64,000 nucleotides of DNA from a virus (lineage: Duplodnaviria > Heunggongvirae > Uroviricota > Caudoviricetes): IMG/VR virus record IMGVR_UViG_2609459826_000002; one strand, given 5' to 3'. The translations under genes and the position numbers were made by a program. Below the pieces are notes generated by a model. That model worked only from the letters and a program-made list of their open reading frames with translations. It made no database searches and was not told where the DNA came from. This document shows, in pieces, positions 9,933 through 19,844 of this stretch (the stretch's first letter is position 1; the number at the start of each line of letters is the position of its first letter).

Positions 9933-11666
9933 TTAAAGCGAGCGGATCCCATAGGACTCAATGTGGTCAGACAACGTGTCTTCTTTCTCGTACAGCATGG
10001 CTCTGCCAACCGCCATAATCAGCGCAACTGCACCATCGATTTTGTTTTCCGCCTGCTCTTTGACGGGCTTCACCACATCATCGTTACCCGGAATGGTTTT
10101 GCCGACCACGTTGCCGATACACCAGGTCATGATGGGATTGCCATCATGATGAAAGCGCCCCGATTCAATTGCCGCTTCCAGCTCTTTCATCGGGTCGGAC
10201 ATGTTGGTGTAGTTCTGAATGATAGTGACGGGATTCAGGTCTTCATCAGCAAGGTCATGTGACAACCCGGTCGCCCCGAAGGGGTCGATGGGTGACTCAC
10301 TGACCGGGCTGATTTTGTTCGCCGCTTTGGCCTCCTCGAGGATGTAGCGATAATCCACCTCCGCACCATCGGTAACGGTCAGAACGCCCATTTCCACCCA
10401 TTTCTGAAAGCGTTCGGCTGTCCGGCGATCTTCATTTTTCTCGACGCTGTACACCGTGTCATACGGTACCCAGAAGCGCGGAGCCACACTGTAGTAATGC
10501 GTTTTACCGTCAATCTCGCGGGTATAAAGTCGCGCCATGCTGTTCATATCCAGCTTACGCGCCAGGTCAAAGGCCAGAATGCACGGTTGCCCCTCGAACT
10601 GTTCAAGGGTCAGTGATTTATCCTCGCAGCTCTGCCAGCTCACTAGGTTGAAATACGCCGAACGCGCCGACACCCAGATATTGAGGTGTTTTGTTTTAAA
10701 GACGTTTGCCAGACGGGCGTTATTTTTCGCACGCTGCTGCTGACTTAACAAAAATTCGCGATAAACCGACACGCCAATATTCGGGTTAGCTTTTTCCAGC
10801 ACCTGCGGGTCGGTCCAGTCATCGCCTTCGTCAACGGTATAGATGATCCCGAACAGTTCATCGTTGGGTACCGAACCGTTGAGCATCTCGATAACTTCCC
10901 GCCGCTTGTCGTAGCACGGCCCCTCAATGTTGTACCCGGCGGTGGTGATGGCCCACATCAGTGGCTGACGTCGCGCGCCCATCCCGGTAAGCATCGTGGT
11001 ATAAAGCGCATCGGTGGCGTGCTCGTGATATTCATCCACCACGGCACAGTGGGGTGATGAACCATCACCGGGGTTACCGATCAGCGGTTCAAACCGCGCG
11101 CCATCCTCCGGACGGTTCATGTTTGAGGCGTTAACCTCAATCCCGAACGCTTCCGTCAGCATGGGTGTGCGTTTACACATCAGTCGCGCCGGGCGAAAGA
11201 CTTCCCACGCCTGTTTCTCTGTCGTGGCACCGGAATACACTTCCGCGCCAAACTCGTTATCACAGGCAAAACAATACAGGGCAACACCGGCAGAGATTGC
11301 CGATTTGCCGTTCTTACGGGGGATTTCGGTATACCCCTCCCTGAAGCGGCGCAGCCGGGAGCCTTTATTGACCCAGCCAAACGCACAGCAGATCACAAAG
11401 AGCTGCCACGGTTCCAGCGTGATGGGCATCCTCTTGAATGCCCACTCCCCCTTGGTGTGTGGCAACAGCTGAATAAATTTCGCGGCCCGTTCAGCCAGGT
11501 CCTTGTCGAAGCGGTAACGAAACGACTTACTTTTTTCCGCCATCAGGTCATCAAGATGGCGCTGGCAGGCCTGAATCACAAACTGGCAGGCCACAATCTT
11601 TCCGCGCACGACATCACGGGCATACTGATTGGCAGCATTTACGTTGGGGTAAGATTTCCGGCTCAT
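9933..11666 (-). CDS. phage terminase large subunit
   Basis: 577 aa with ATPase (GKS) and nuclease regions; canonical position upstream of portal. Confidence 0.9.
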
Positions 11667-12157
11667 GATTCGATGATTTTCAGAAACTGGTTAGTGGCTT
11701 TCTTCTGCCCCGCCAGGCCAATCAGACGCTGGCGGCTGCTGGGGTCGAGTCCGAGCATTGCCCCCGTGCTGCTCATCTCGGACTCCTGTTCTTTCTTGGC
11801 GGTCAGCTCCGGATTTTTGACCATGCCACCCATTGCACCGGTGATGGTGTTGCCCTGTCTGGCAATATTTTTCACGGCACGCCGCCAGAACTCGTAGGCC
11901 ACGCACCACCGCTCAAGCACCGCGAGGTCAGTCACGCACAGCAGGCCCTGACCGCAGAGTTCTTTGGTTGTCAGTTGCCACATGATCGTGGCGAGAGGGA
12001 GATCTTCTTCAGCGAACCACTCCGGTGGCTCAACACCTTTGATGGGCGTAAAAACAGGTTCATCTTTATTCAGGGCTCGCTTGCCGGGGTTTCCGGCCAG
12101 CGCCTTGCGCGCCGTTGGCTTGGGGCGACGCCCGGAACGCCCCGCCGTTCCAGCCAT
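11663..12157 (-). CDS. phage terminase small subunit (P27-like)
   Basis: ORF track starts at a GTG (12166); ATG at 12157 has AGGAG RBS 8 nt upstream; overlaps terminase large start. Confidence 0.7.
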   Translation of the reverse strand: MAGTAGRSGRRPKPTARKALAGNPGKRALNKDEPVFTPIKGVEPPEWFAEEDLPLATIMWQLTTKELCGQGLLCVTDLAVLERWCVAYEFWRRAVKNIARQGNTITGAMGGMVKNPELTAKKEQESEMSSTGAMLGLDPSSRQRLIGLAGQKKATNQFLKIIES

Positions 12158-12282
12158 ATGCGGCACTCCTGGTTAAATTTCATTTTTCGCGGGTATAAAA
12201 AAACGATGGGGCGGGCAGTCCGGAAGACGTCAGGTCACAGGGATTTGACCCGCCCCTCCCCTCTGGCTGTGGGAACTGGTTC

Positions 12283-12633
12283 TTACTTCAACCGTTCACG
12301 GGCCGTCTTCGCCTTATGACATGGCCAGCACAGGCTCTGCAGATTACTGTCAGCGTCAGTGCCGCCATGCGCCTTAGGGATAATGTGGTCAACGGTTTTC
12401 GCCTCACGCACCACACCGGCACGCAGACATAACTGACACAGGCCTTTGTCACGCTTCAGCACACGTTCACGGATGGTATCCCACTTCGAACCGTAACCGC
12501 GCTGATGACGTGACAGGCCTGGTTTGTATTGCTTCCAGCCTTCGCTTTTGTGGCTTTCGCAATAGCCTGACGGGTCAGTAGTGGTATTGCGGCAACCGCG
12601 AACGCGGCAGGCTTTTGGTGTACGTGGTGGCAT
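12283..12633 (-). CDS. HNH endonuclease (terminase-associated)
   Basis: Cys-rich N-terminus (CRVRGCRN...GYCESH) and HNH core (DHIIPKAHGG...NLQSLCWPCH); start taken at internal ATG with AAGGA RBS rather than 12720. Confidence 0.8.
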   Translation of the reverse strand: MPPRTPKACRVRGCRNTTTDPSGYCESHKSEGWKQYKPGLSRHQRGYGSKWDTIRERVLKRDKGLCQLCLRAGVVREAKTVDHIIPKAHGGTDADSNLQSLCWPCHKAKTARERLK

Positions 12634-12706
12634 TAATTGTTTCCTTAAGCCATTACGATGCGTCTGAAAATGAGTTAATCTGAAAATTCCTTCACTATGC
12701 GAGAGC

Positions 12707-13012
12707 ATGACAATGGTCATAGGACAAGAAGATCAGAAATGCTGCCCGGCTTGCAATTCAGATGCGACCTGGCAGAACCGTGATACCGCTTGGTTAATTA
12801 GATGCCCGATGTGTGAAACATTTCTCATCAGGAATTCCACCATTGAAATTTTGCGAAGTGACGTTGTGTATCGGACATTAGCTGGTGACCTTCTCAAACA
12901 AGAAGGTGGGTGTGACTACATGCTTACAAGAGGAAGGCTTGCGAACTTCGCGAAAACCCAGCTCCCAAAATCAAAGTTTCAGGAATACTTCCCTGGTGAC
13001 AACTACGAATAA
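12707..13012 (+). CDS. hypothetical zinc-ribbon protein (possible moron, opposite strand to late operon)
   Basis: 101 aa; CPACNS...CPMCE two CxxC pairs; only plus-strand ORF in a minus-strand late operon. Confidence 0.35.
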   Translation: MTMVIGQEDQKCCPACNSDATWQNRDTAWLIRCPMCETFLIRNSTIEILRSDVVYRTLAGDLLKQEGGCDYMLTRGRLANFAKTQLPKSKFQEYFPGDNYE

Positions 13013-13051
13013 GCCATTACAAAGCCCACCCGCAGATGAGCTTTGTAATGG

Positions 13052-13309
13052 CTACTGTGAGTTGCGTGACGTTTCTATCTTCCTGATACTGGCCTTGTCG
13101 ATGTTGCACTGGCCCAGCGCCGAAAGCAGGCTCACATTCAGATCCAGACTGGCCCCATAGGTCAGCGGGTCGGGAATGACTGGCTGGGGCGTTTCAGTGG
13201 TCAGGCTTGTTGGCAGCGGTACCGCCGGAACCGGCACGTAAACTGTTCGCGTACTTCCGCAACCGGTCAGCAGCGGCAGCAGGCACATGACGTGAAGCAC
13301 AATCATCAT
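13052..13309 (-). CDS. o-spanin (Rz1-like outer-membrane lipoprotein)
   Basis: Start MMIVLHVMCLLPLLTGC gives a lipobox (LLTGC); proline-rich mature part; partly embedded in +1 frame of Rz-like gene. Confidence 0.55.
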   Translation of the reverse strand: MMIVLHVMCLLPLLTGCGSTRTVYVPVPAVPLPTSLTTETPQPVIPDPLTYGASLDLNVSLLSALGQCNIDKASIRKIETSRNSQ

Positions 13310-13586
13310 CCGCAACAGCCACTTTGATATCTTCCTGGGTTCTCTGTGACTCCAGTGCGATCTGCTGTTTTGCATGCTGGTTAGCCTCTATAACTGTATT
13401 GATGATTTGCAGTGATTGCAGAACGTTACGGGTAATGGCAGTTGCTGATTCAGCATTTCGTACAGCCTCATCAGCACGCTCCTTTTCGTGCTGATATTTG
13501 CTGTAGTAATGTCCAGCAGACCAGATGAAGGAACCAATGACGCTAACAACGAAGGCAACAATAACCAGCTTATATCTCAGCCTCAT
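13194..13586 (-). CDS. i-spanin (Rz-like)
   Basis: 130 aa, N-terminal TM (LVIVAFVVSVIGSFIW) then coiled coil; directly after endolysin. Confidence 0.65.
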   Translation of the reverse strand: MRLRYKLVIVAFVVSVIGSFIWSAGHYYSKYQHEKERADEAVRNAESATAITRNVLQSLQIINTVIEANQHAKQQIALESQRTQEDIKVAVADDDCASRHVPAAAADRLRKYANSLRAGSGGTAANKPDH

Positions 13587-14046
13587 TTACTACCCCACCA
13601 GCTTTTTTAAATCGGGCAATCAGGTCACCGATTTTATGTTCATACTGACCGTAACCTGCACCAGGTAACGACGCCCAGATATTGCTGCAACGGTCGATTG
13701 CCTGACGAATACTGCCGCGGTCAATCATCGGTAAAGCACCACGCTCTTTAATCTGCTGCAGAGCTACAGCGTCCTGGCTTTCTGGAGAAAAATCTTTCAG
13801 TCCAAGCTGTTTACGGTAAGCATCCCACCAGCGTGAAAGAAGCTGGTAACGTCCGGCAGCTGTTGATTTGAGTTTGGGGTTTAGCGTGACAAGTTTGCGA
13901 GGGTGATCGGAGTAATCAGTGAACAGTTCGCCACCAACAATAACATCATAACCGTGGTTACGTGTCGGTTGTCGCCCGTTATCCGTTCCTTCTGACCATG
14001 CCACCATATCCAGGAAAGCTTTACGCTGGGAATTTAGTGCCTGCAT
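13570..14046 (-). CDS. endolysin, lambda R-like lytic transglycosylase
   Basis: 158 aa; near-identical over long stretches to lambda R as recalled (NSQRKAFLDM.AWSEGTDNGRQ.TRNHGYDVIVGGELFTDYSDHPRKLVTLNPKLKST.AGRYQLLSRWWDAYRKQLGLKDFSP.SQDAVALQQIKERGALPMIDRG); ATG with AAGGAG RBS. Confidence 0.9.
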   Translation of the reverse strand: MQALNSQRKAFLDMVAWSEGTDNGRQPTRNHGYDVIVGGELFTDYSDHPRKLVTLNPKLKSTAAGRYQLLSRWWDAYRKQLGLKDFSPESQDAVALQQIKERGALPMIDRGSIRQAIDRCSNIWASLPGAGYGQYEHKIGDLIARFKKAGGVVNEAEI

Positions 14047-14049
14047 AAA

Positions 14050-14385
14050 TTACTCCTTCGAGCTACCAAATTTGTTACCGATTACTCGCATTGCAGCCCC
14101 ACGAATAGCATCGACACCGATCAGCCCCACGCCACCACCAATGGCAACAGAAAGCGATTTAGGCCATCCGACATATTCAAGAGCGGATGCAAAGGTCAGC
14201 GTCAGAGCGCCACATAGCAAAATCTCGAGCGTTTTTCGCTTCCAGCCACCACCACCGCCAAAATAGGCGATGCGCAAACCAGCCATAACGATCGACATAA
14301 TCACTGCACCCAGCGGTGTGTCTCCACGCCACCAGCTCTGAAACAACTCCAGCCAGTCCGGCCAGGTATTTGGGTTATGAGGCAT
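14050..14385 (-). CDS. holin (class I, three TM segments)
   Basis: Directly upstream of endolysin; three hydrophobic segments and charged C-terminus; start taken at ATG 14385 (ORF track extends to a GTG at 14481). Confidence 0.55.
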   Translation of the reverse strand: MPHNPNTWPDWLELFQSWWRGDTPLGAVIMSIVMAGLRIAYFGGGGGWKRKTLEILLCGALTLTFASALEYVGWPKSLSVAIGGGVGLIGVDAIRGAAMRVIGNKFGSSKE

Positions 14386-14461
14386 TTCGTCATCTCTCAC
14401 CTCGCGATATTTGCGGGTGCTGTGTTGGAAATAAAAAGGCCACGCAACGTGGCCACCAGAA

Positions 14462-15514
14462 TTATTTCCCCACCAGTTCACTTACCTCTTTCACCGTCTG
14501 ATTAAACCGCTCTGACTCAAGTTCAACACCTAACGCCCGACGCCCCAGCGCCATTGCTGCTTTTATTGTGGAACCGGATCCCATAAAGAAATCAGCAACC
14601 AGATCACCAGGTCGACTACTGGCATTGATTATTTGCCGGAGCATATCCGCCGGTTTCTCGCACGGATGTTTACCCGGGTAGAACTGAACGGGCTTATGCG
14701 TCCAGACATCGGTATAAGGCACGGAGACTGATACGGAGAAATAGCGCCGGAGAGATTTAAACTCATCCAGCAATTCAGAATATTTGCGATTCAGTGAATC
14801 ATAAGATGCCACCAGCTGGTGGTGTGGTTGTTCCAGTTGTTGTTCCTGAAACTTCTCTGCCGCTATACGGGAAAACAGTGCCTGTAACTTCCGATAGTCA
14901 GCCTCATTCGGCAACTGCCACTGACTGGCACCAAACCAGTGGGAAACCATATTTTTCTTACCTGTGGCTTCGGCAATTTGTTTTGCCGTTATACCCAGTT
15001 CGGCACGAGCATCCCTGAAATACGATATCAGCGGTGCCATTATGTGCTGTTTGAGTTCCCTTTCTTTTGCCGCATAGCCGTCACTTTTGCCGCGATATGG
15101 CCCCTGGTAATGTTCAGCAAACAGAACGCGCTCTGTGGCAGGAAAATATGCGCGCAGACTTTCTTTATTACACCCATTCCAACGTCCGGACGGCTTCGCC
15201 CAGATGATATGGTTAAGCACGTTGAAACGTTCACGCATCATGATCTCAATATCAGATGCCAGGCGATGCCCACAGAACAGGTAAAGGCTTCCGGCAGGTT
15301 TCAACACCCGCCAGAACTGGGCCAGACAGTGGTCCAGCCACTTAAGGTAATCTTCGTCCCCTTTCCACTGATTGTCCCAACCGTTGGGTTTCACCTTGAA
15401 GTAAGGCGGATCGGTAACAATCAGGTCAATGGAATCATCAGGCAGGGACTGAATAAAATGCAGGCAATCAGCGTTGATTAAATCAACACTGTTTATTTTT
15501 ACAGTATTTTTCAT
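14462..15514 (-). CDS. DNA methyltransferase (N6-adenine/N4-cytosine type, DPPY motif), phage orphan
   Basis: 350 aa; motif IVTDPPYF and C-terminal AdoMet-binding region (FFMGSGST); no adjacent restriction gene. Confidence 0.85.
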   Translation of the reverse strand: MKNTVKINSVDLINADCLHFIQSLPDDSIDLIVTDPPYFKVKPNGWDNQWKGDEDYLKWLDHCLAQFWRVLKPAGSLYLFCGHRLASDIEIMMRERFNVLNHIIWAKPSGRWNGCNKESLRAYFPATERVLFAEHYQGPYRGKSDGYAAKERELKQHIMAPLISYFRDARAELGITAKQIAEATGKKNMVSHWFGASQWQLPNEADYRKLQALFSRIAAEKFQEQQLEQPHHQLVASYDSLNRKYSELLDEFKSLRRYFSVSVSVPYTDVWTHKPVQFYPGKHPCEKPADMLRQIINASSRPGDLVADFFMGSGSTIKAAMALGRRALGVELESERFNQTVKEVSELVGK

Positions 15515-15663
15515 GGATCAGTAAGCGTAACTCTGGTAGGCTCACTCTGCTTTTGCGCTAAAGCAGTGGGCCGTGGTTCGCTTGTGACCAGTAGGCATGA
15601 GCGAATGGCTGGCAGGTGCTACCAACACCCACCAGCCGCCCATTTTCACAAATTAAAAGCCCT

Positions 15664-15882
15664 TCATTGCTGAAGGCGTCTGTAACAGCCGAACTGGTAA
15701 TCTACCAGCCCCGCCATAACCAGCTGGGTCAGTATTAACTGACAGCGTTCGCGTGAAAGGTATGTGTTTTGTGCAATCTCCCCGACTGTTGCCGGTTCGA
15801 TGCTTAATTCATTAAAAACAACTTTCGCCGTTTCTGTCATATCTTGCTGTTTTAGCATGTCTTTTTCCCTTCTGGTTAACAT
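15664..15882 (-). CDS. hypothetical small DNA-binding-like protein
   Basis: 72 aa ORF; alternative ATG at 15858 has better RBS. Confidence 0.35.
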   Translation of the reverse strand: MLTRREKDMLKQQDMTETAKVVFNELSIEPATVGEIAQNTYLSRERCQLILTQLVMAGLVDYQFGCYRRLQQ

Positions 15883-16050
15883 GACATACCAATAACTCTT
15901 GTCTAAAAAGCCAGCAAGATAAAAAGTCAGTATTCACGACCACCAGCGTGTTTACCGTACTGCTCTTGGTTTACAGGTACAAAAAAACCGCTCGACGGCG
16001 GGTTTAAGCTGTGTGGCGAAGTAACCACTCTTAACAGATTATGATAGTTT

Positions 16051-16079
16051 TTGCGTACGCGTTAGTAATTTATTATGCT
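16051..16079 (+). promoter_or_regulatory. candidate sigma70 promoter for the AT-rich cassette
   Basis: TTGCGT (16051-16056), 17-nt spacer, TATGCT (16074-16079), about 25-40 nt upstream of the possible starts. Confidence 0.3.
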
Positions 16080-16103
16080 CTTTACAATTGTTAGCTTAAC
16101 CGC

Positions 16104-17270
16104 ATGGAATTGACCAAAAAAATGAGCAAAGCAAGCATACGCCACGTAATCGTTCATGAGCTCTTAAAAGAATCTAATAAAGACTTCGATCACTCCAAAC
16201 CATACAATCTTCGTGATACAGAACTAGATAAAACAAATGATATAGTAAAAAAATTAGTAGACGGTGTTATTGATTTGTATGGTTCAAAAGGGAACTCAGC
16301 GCATTATGGTGTTTTTATTAAAAATAAAACAAAGCAAGGCCCTATACCAGAACTATTTCATAAATACTCTTTAGTTCAACAATCTGTTTCAAGTGATTTC
16401 ATTGAATTATCGAAGGAAGTTATGAAACAAATGTATAAATCTGCTCAAGAGCAGATTTGGGCTTCTGGAGGATATGTTGTTTTTACTGATTATATTTTAT
16501 CTGGTTTCCGTTATCTATTGGTTACAATGATCAAAAAAACTAATGGCGTAACTATTAGTGAAAATTTAGAGCCAGAGGAAATGATTCACTTAGAACTTGG
16601 TAATATTAACCAAGCAGCAAAAATAAATTTCAGATATTATGAAGAATACCAAAAAGCAGATGACTTAAAAAAAACAGACTTAAGTTATCTAAGCTTTATA
16701 AGCAAAACTACGGGACAGTCAGCGGCAGCATATTTTATAGCAGCATTAGGATGTGACAAGGGGATTGCTTCAGCAGGTGCAACCCGTAAGTTACCAGATG
16801 AAATAAGGCGTTTCTTTAAGAAAGAACCTCTTTTAAAAAATCAAGCAGAGTCATTTAGAAATGATGTTATCAAATACTTAGAAAAGCAATTTGACAACGA
16901 GCACTCTGCAAGGCTTTCTGATATCGAATCGCTTGCTTCAGGCCATATGTCCGATTTAAAAGAGGAAGAAAAAACAGAACTTGTTGATAAATTAATGAAA
17001 CACCTCAATAGTGAGGAAGTCAGAATCCCATCAGAGTTCGTAATCAATAAAAACTCCTTAGATAAAATCCGCAATGTGATATATAAAACCCCATCATTGA
17101 GCTTTCACTTCGACAAGGATTTACTCGGTGTCACAACTGATGCTAAAATATATTATGATGACGAAAACCAAAGCCTAACATTTAATAATTTGCCTGTTGA
17201 AGCATTAACTAAGATAAGAAGAGCGTTGAAAGAAACTGATAACCCGAGTAATGAAGAAGATAAAGAATGA
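16104..17270 (+). CDS. NA37/YejK(NdpA)-like nucleoid-associated-family protein (cassette gene 1)
   Basis: 388 aa, AT-rich; motifs IRHVIVHEL, ASGGYVVFTDY...RYLLVTMIKK, ISENLEPEE, LSYLSFISK recall YejK family by eye; alternative start ATG 16122 (MSKASIRH); ATGA overlap with next gene. Confidence 0.6.
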   Translation: MELTKKMSKASIRHVIVHELLKESNKDFDHSKPYNLRDTELDKTNDIVKKLVDGVIDLYGSKGNSAHYGVFIKNKTKQGPIPELFHKYSLVQQSVSSDFIELSKEVMKQMYKSAQEQIWASGGYVVFTDYILSGFRYLLVTMIKKTNGVTISENLEPEEMIHLELGNINQAAKINFRYYEEYQKADDLKKTDLSYLSFISKTTGQSAAAYFIAALGCDKGIASAGATRKLPDEIRRFFKKEPLLKNQAESFRNDVIKYLEKQFDNEHSARLSDIESLASGHMSDLKEEEKTELVDKLMKHLNSEEVRIPSEFVINKNSLDKIRNVIYKTPSLSFHFDKDLLGVTTDAKIYYDDENQSLTFNNLPVEALTKIRRALKETDNPSNEEDKE

Positions 17271-18493
17271 ATGATTTTAGTATAATAGTTAATCTGTATA
17301 GATTATCAAGCTATCCTCATTTTGACGGGGCTAAGTTTTCTGCGCGTATAGCTTATAATGCAGACGTAAAATCATTGTTCAAAAGAATTTTGAACCCTAC
17401 TTTTCAAGCTGGTACAGCTGACGAAATAGAGGTGGATGGTCATTTAATTTATGATTATGAAGACTTTCCTGAAAAGGGAAATTTTCTTACATACTCGTTT
17501 AAAATTTCACAAGGAAGTGCGAATCGTTTTTATAAAAATAAAAACGAGTTTGTAAAAATAAACACGCTCAAGAAAGGCATAATGCCAGAGTATTTCTATA
17601 TTATAGAGGATGATTTCTATTCATTAGAAACACCAAAACCTTCTTATATCCAAAAAATTGAGGACATTTGTGAGCTAATCAATGCTCTTTCCATGCTTGC
17701 TCATTTCCATGATATAAAAAAAGATAGCAAAGGTACATTTTATCGTTTAGTCTTTATTTTAAACTCAGAGTCTAAATCTTCTTCTGCTGTAATTGAAACA
17801 AATATTACAGAAGAAATTTTTAATGATAAAACAGTAAATACTCAGTTAGTTAAAACATTAGTAAGTAGTGAAGCTACTACTGATGCCCATCACATTGAAA
17901 AGATTAACACTTTCAGAAACACAGTTATTGAGTATGTTAATAAAAATGGAAATTCCTTTGTCGAGTTAATTAACAAGTGGGATTTCATATGCGAACTTTA
18001 TACGAACAACTTAGCTGCTTATATGTCGGCATTTTCTTTTCATAAAGCAAGGAAAGAAGTTGTTGATGCTGAACTCGATTACTCAGAAAAACTGTCAAAA
18101 ATAATTTCAGAAATTTCTAACAAAGCTCTTGCAATACCTATTTCACTAGCTGGTTCAATTGCTATTTTCAAATTAACAACAAAAACTGATTGGATTATTG
18201 CTTTAATTGGATTGATTATCACAGCAATAATAACATCTGCAATGATTGTGTCACAAAAAAAACAACTCGCTCGTATTTCACACTCTAAAGAAATACTTTT
18301 TGGACAATTAAGATATAGAATAAAGGATGACACCAGCGATCTTAAAGAGAGCTTAGAAGAGGCTATTAAAAAATTAAATGACAATGAGGATTTTTGTCAT
18401 AAGGTGCTTGACAGTTTATTATCACTAGCATGGATGCCTACATTCATAGGCATCATCGGTATTTTATTTAAATTAATGCCAAATATTACTTGA
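17267..18493 (+). CDS. hypothetical protein with C-terminal three-helix membrane anchor (cassette gene 2)
   Basis: 408 aa, AT-rich, start overlaps stop of gene 1 (ATGA); hydrophobic helices near residues 288-305, 310-333, 385-403; no recognisable catalytic motif. Confidence 0.75.
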   Translation: MNDFSIIVNLYRLSSYPHFDGAKFSARIAYNADVKSLFKRILNPTFQAGTADEIEVDGHLIYDYEDFPEKGNFLTYSFKISQGSANRFYKNKNEFVKINTLKKGIMPEYFYIIEDDFYSLETPKPSYIQKIEDICELINALSMLAHFHDIKKDSKGTFYRLVFILNSESKSSSAVIETNITEEIFNDKTVNTQLVKTLVSSEATTDAHHIEKINTFRNTVIEYVNKNGNSFVELINKWDFICELYTNNLAAYMSAFSFHKARKEVVDAELDYSEKLSKIISEISNKALAIPISLAGSIAIFKLTTKTDWIIALIGLIITAIITSAMIVSQKKQLARISHSKEILFGQLRYRIKDDTSDLKESLEEAIKKLNDNEDFCHKVLDSLLSLAWMPTFIGIIGILFKLMPNIT

Positions 18494-18830
18494 GCATGTA
18501 CATAACCCCATTAATGAAACCTAACGCAGTCTGCAATTGCTTCCGGATTGTTCCATCTGAGCATCTGCGTCTCTTCGCAATAGAACGCAGTGAAATACCT
18601 ATAACGAAGTGAGCAATGATCAGCTCATATTCGTCTGGTTTATACTTACACAGGCGGGCAACACAGCCGTCTATCATGATGCCTTCATCATCATCACACT
18701 GAAGGCGTATTTTTTTACCATGAGGTAAAAGCCCCTTAAAGCCTGCTGCTATCGGCTGCCAGTCCACACCACTGTTATCTGCTGCAGCCCACGCTCCCCA
18801 GCGGTCTAAAACTTCATACATATCACGCAT
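18486..18830 (-). CDS. late-gene antiterminator Q (QuuD-like)
   Basis: Motifs MRD.YEVLDRWGAWAA...IAAGFKGL...CDDDEG...CSDG resemble the small Q family as recalled; ATG 18830 with GGAGAAAG RBS (ORF track begins at a TTG). Confidence 0.65.
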   Translation of the reverse strand: MRDMYEVLDRWGAWAAADNSGVDWQPIAAGFKGLLPHGKKIRLQCDDDEGIMIDGCVARLCKYKPDEYELIIAHFVIGISLRSIAKRRRCSDGTIRKQLQTALGFINGVMYMLK

Positions 18831-18847
18831 CAACTTTCTCCACAAAA

Positions 18848-19843
18848 TCAGGCCAGCACGCCAATTGCCAGCGCACGATCGATAAAACGAAATATCAGCT
18901 CCAGCTGGGAGCCATACTTCTCTTCAAATGCCACGGTATCCGCATGCAGCTCGTCGTGATGCTTTCTGCACAAAGGCAACACAAAGAGGTCATGCGCTTT
19001 TGTACCCATCCCGCCCTGACCGTGGCCTATCAGGTGGTGGGGATCATCAGCAGGCTTTCCACAACATGCACACGGCTGCGTCTTAACCCAGCGCGTGTAC
19101 TTTTCGTTAACCCAGCGGCGACGTTTTGGGCGTAACATAAAAGACTCCGGCGACTCCGGATCCACTTTCAGCGCCAGCACCTTTTTCGCTTTATCCTGGA
19201 TGATGCTGGTGGCAGGAACCGAAGGCACAAGGTCACTTTCCCGGGTGACAGACGGCACAACAGGCTTCGGTAATCTCAGTGCCTTACGGGCTGCACTTTC
19301 CGGTAAGGCATCCGCCAGGTCATTACGAACCAGCCACCAGCACAGTTCCGGCATTGTCACAACGTGACTGTCATCAAAACCGAGATCCCGACGCACGACA
19401 GACAACACCCAGCGGGCACAGTTATCCGTTGCCATTGATTCCAGCCGTTCCGTGAATTGATCGCGCAGCTGGTTATCGCAGTGCCAGCACAGACGGATTG
19501 CGCCCGGCGCGTGTCGCATTGTGGTCATGTTCTCGCTGTGCCAGTCGGAATGAGGCCATTGGCAGCCTTTTTCACGAAGTAACCAGCTTTCAAGACATTC
19601 CACCCCACCAGCACGACGGATCACTGCCTCATTGCGGAACACGGCCCGAACGGCAGGATCATCCGCCAGCGGTTGTGATGCCGCCGGAACGGCACCACTG
19701 GCGAAAGATGAATAACGTTCCGGCTCAGGCTCCAGCAGGACACGCCCCTGCATAAACAGGGGCATCAGCTCTGAACCGGGCCTGAACAATACGATCCCCA
19801 TACGCGGGGCAATTTCAGGGGTCAGTAGTGCTCTCACGGTCAC
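18848..19843 (-). CDS. phage protein with C-terminal HNH-like Cys/His motif (DUF968-like)
   Basis: 331 aa; C-terminal CACCGKP...PHHL...CRKHHDELH; ORF starts with GTG, alternative ATG at 19801. Confidence 0.55.
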   Translation of the reverse strand: MTVRALLTPEIAPRMGIVLFRPGSELMPLFMQGRVLLEPEPERYSSFASGAVPAASQPLADDPAVRAVFRNEAVIRRAGGVECLESWLLREKGCQWPHSDWHSENMTTMRHAPGAIRLCWHCDNQLRDQFTERLESMATDNCARWVLSVVRRDLGFDDSHVVTMPELCWWLVRNDLADALPESAARKALRLPKPVVPSVTRESDLVPSVPATSIIQDKAKKVLALKVDPESPESFMLRPKRRRWVNEKYTRWVKTQPCACCGKPADDPHHLIGHGQGGMGTKAHDLFVLPLCRKHHDELHADTVAFEEKYGSQLELIFRFIDRALAIGVLA

Positions 19844-19844
19844 C

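Noticed and set aside
16104-18493. Kiwa-like system (membrane protein + DUF4868 partner)
   Set aside because: Gene order and topology do not fit: the membrane component is second and C-terminally anchored, and ORF1 motifs look NA37-like rather than KwaB-like.
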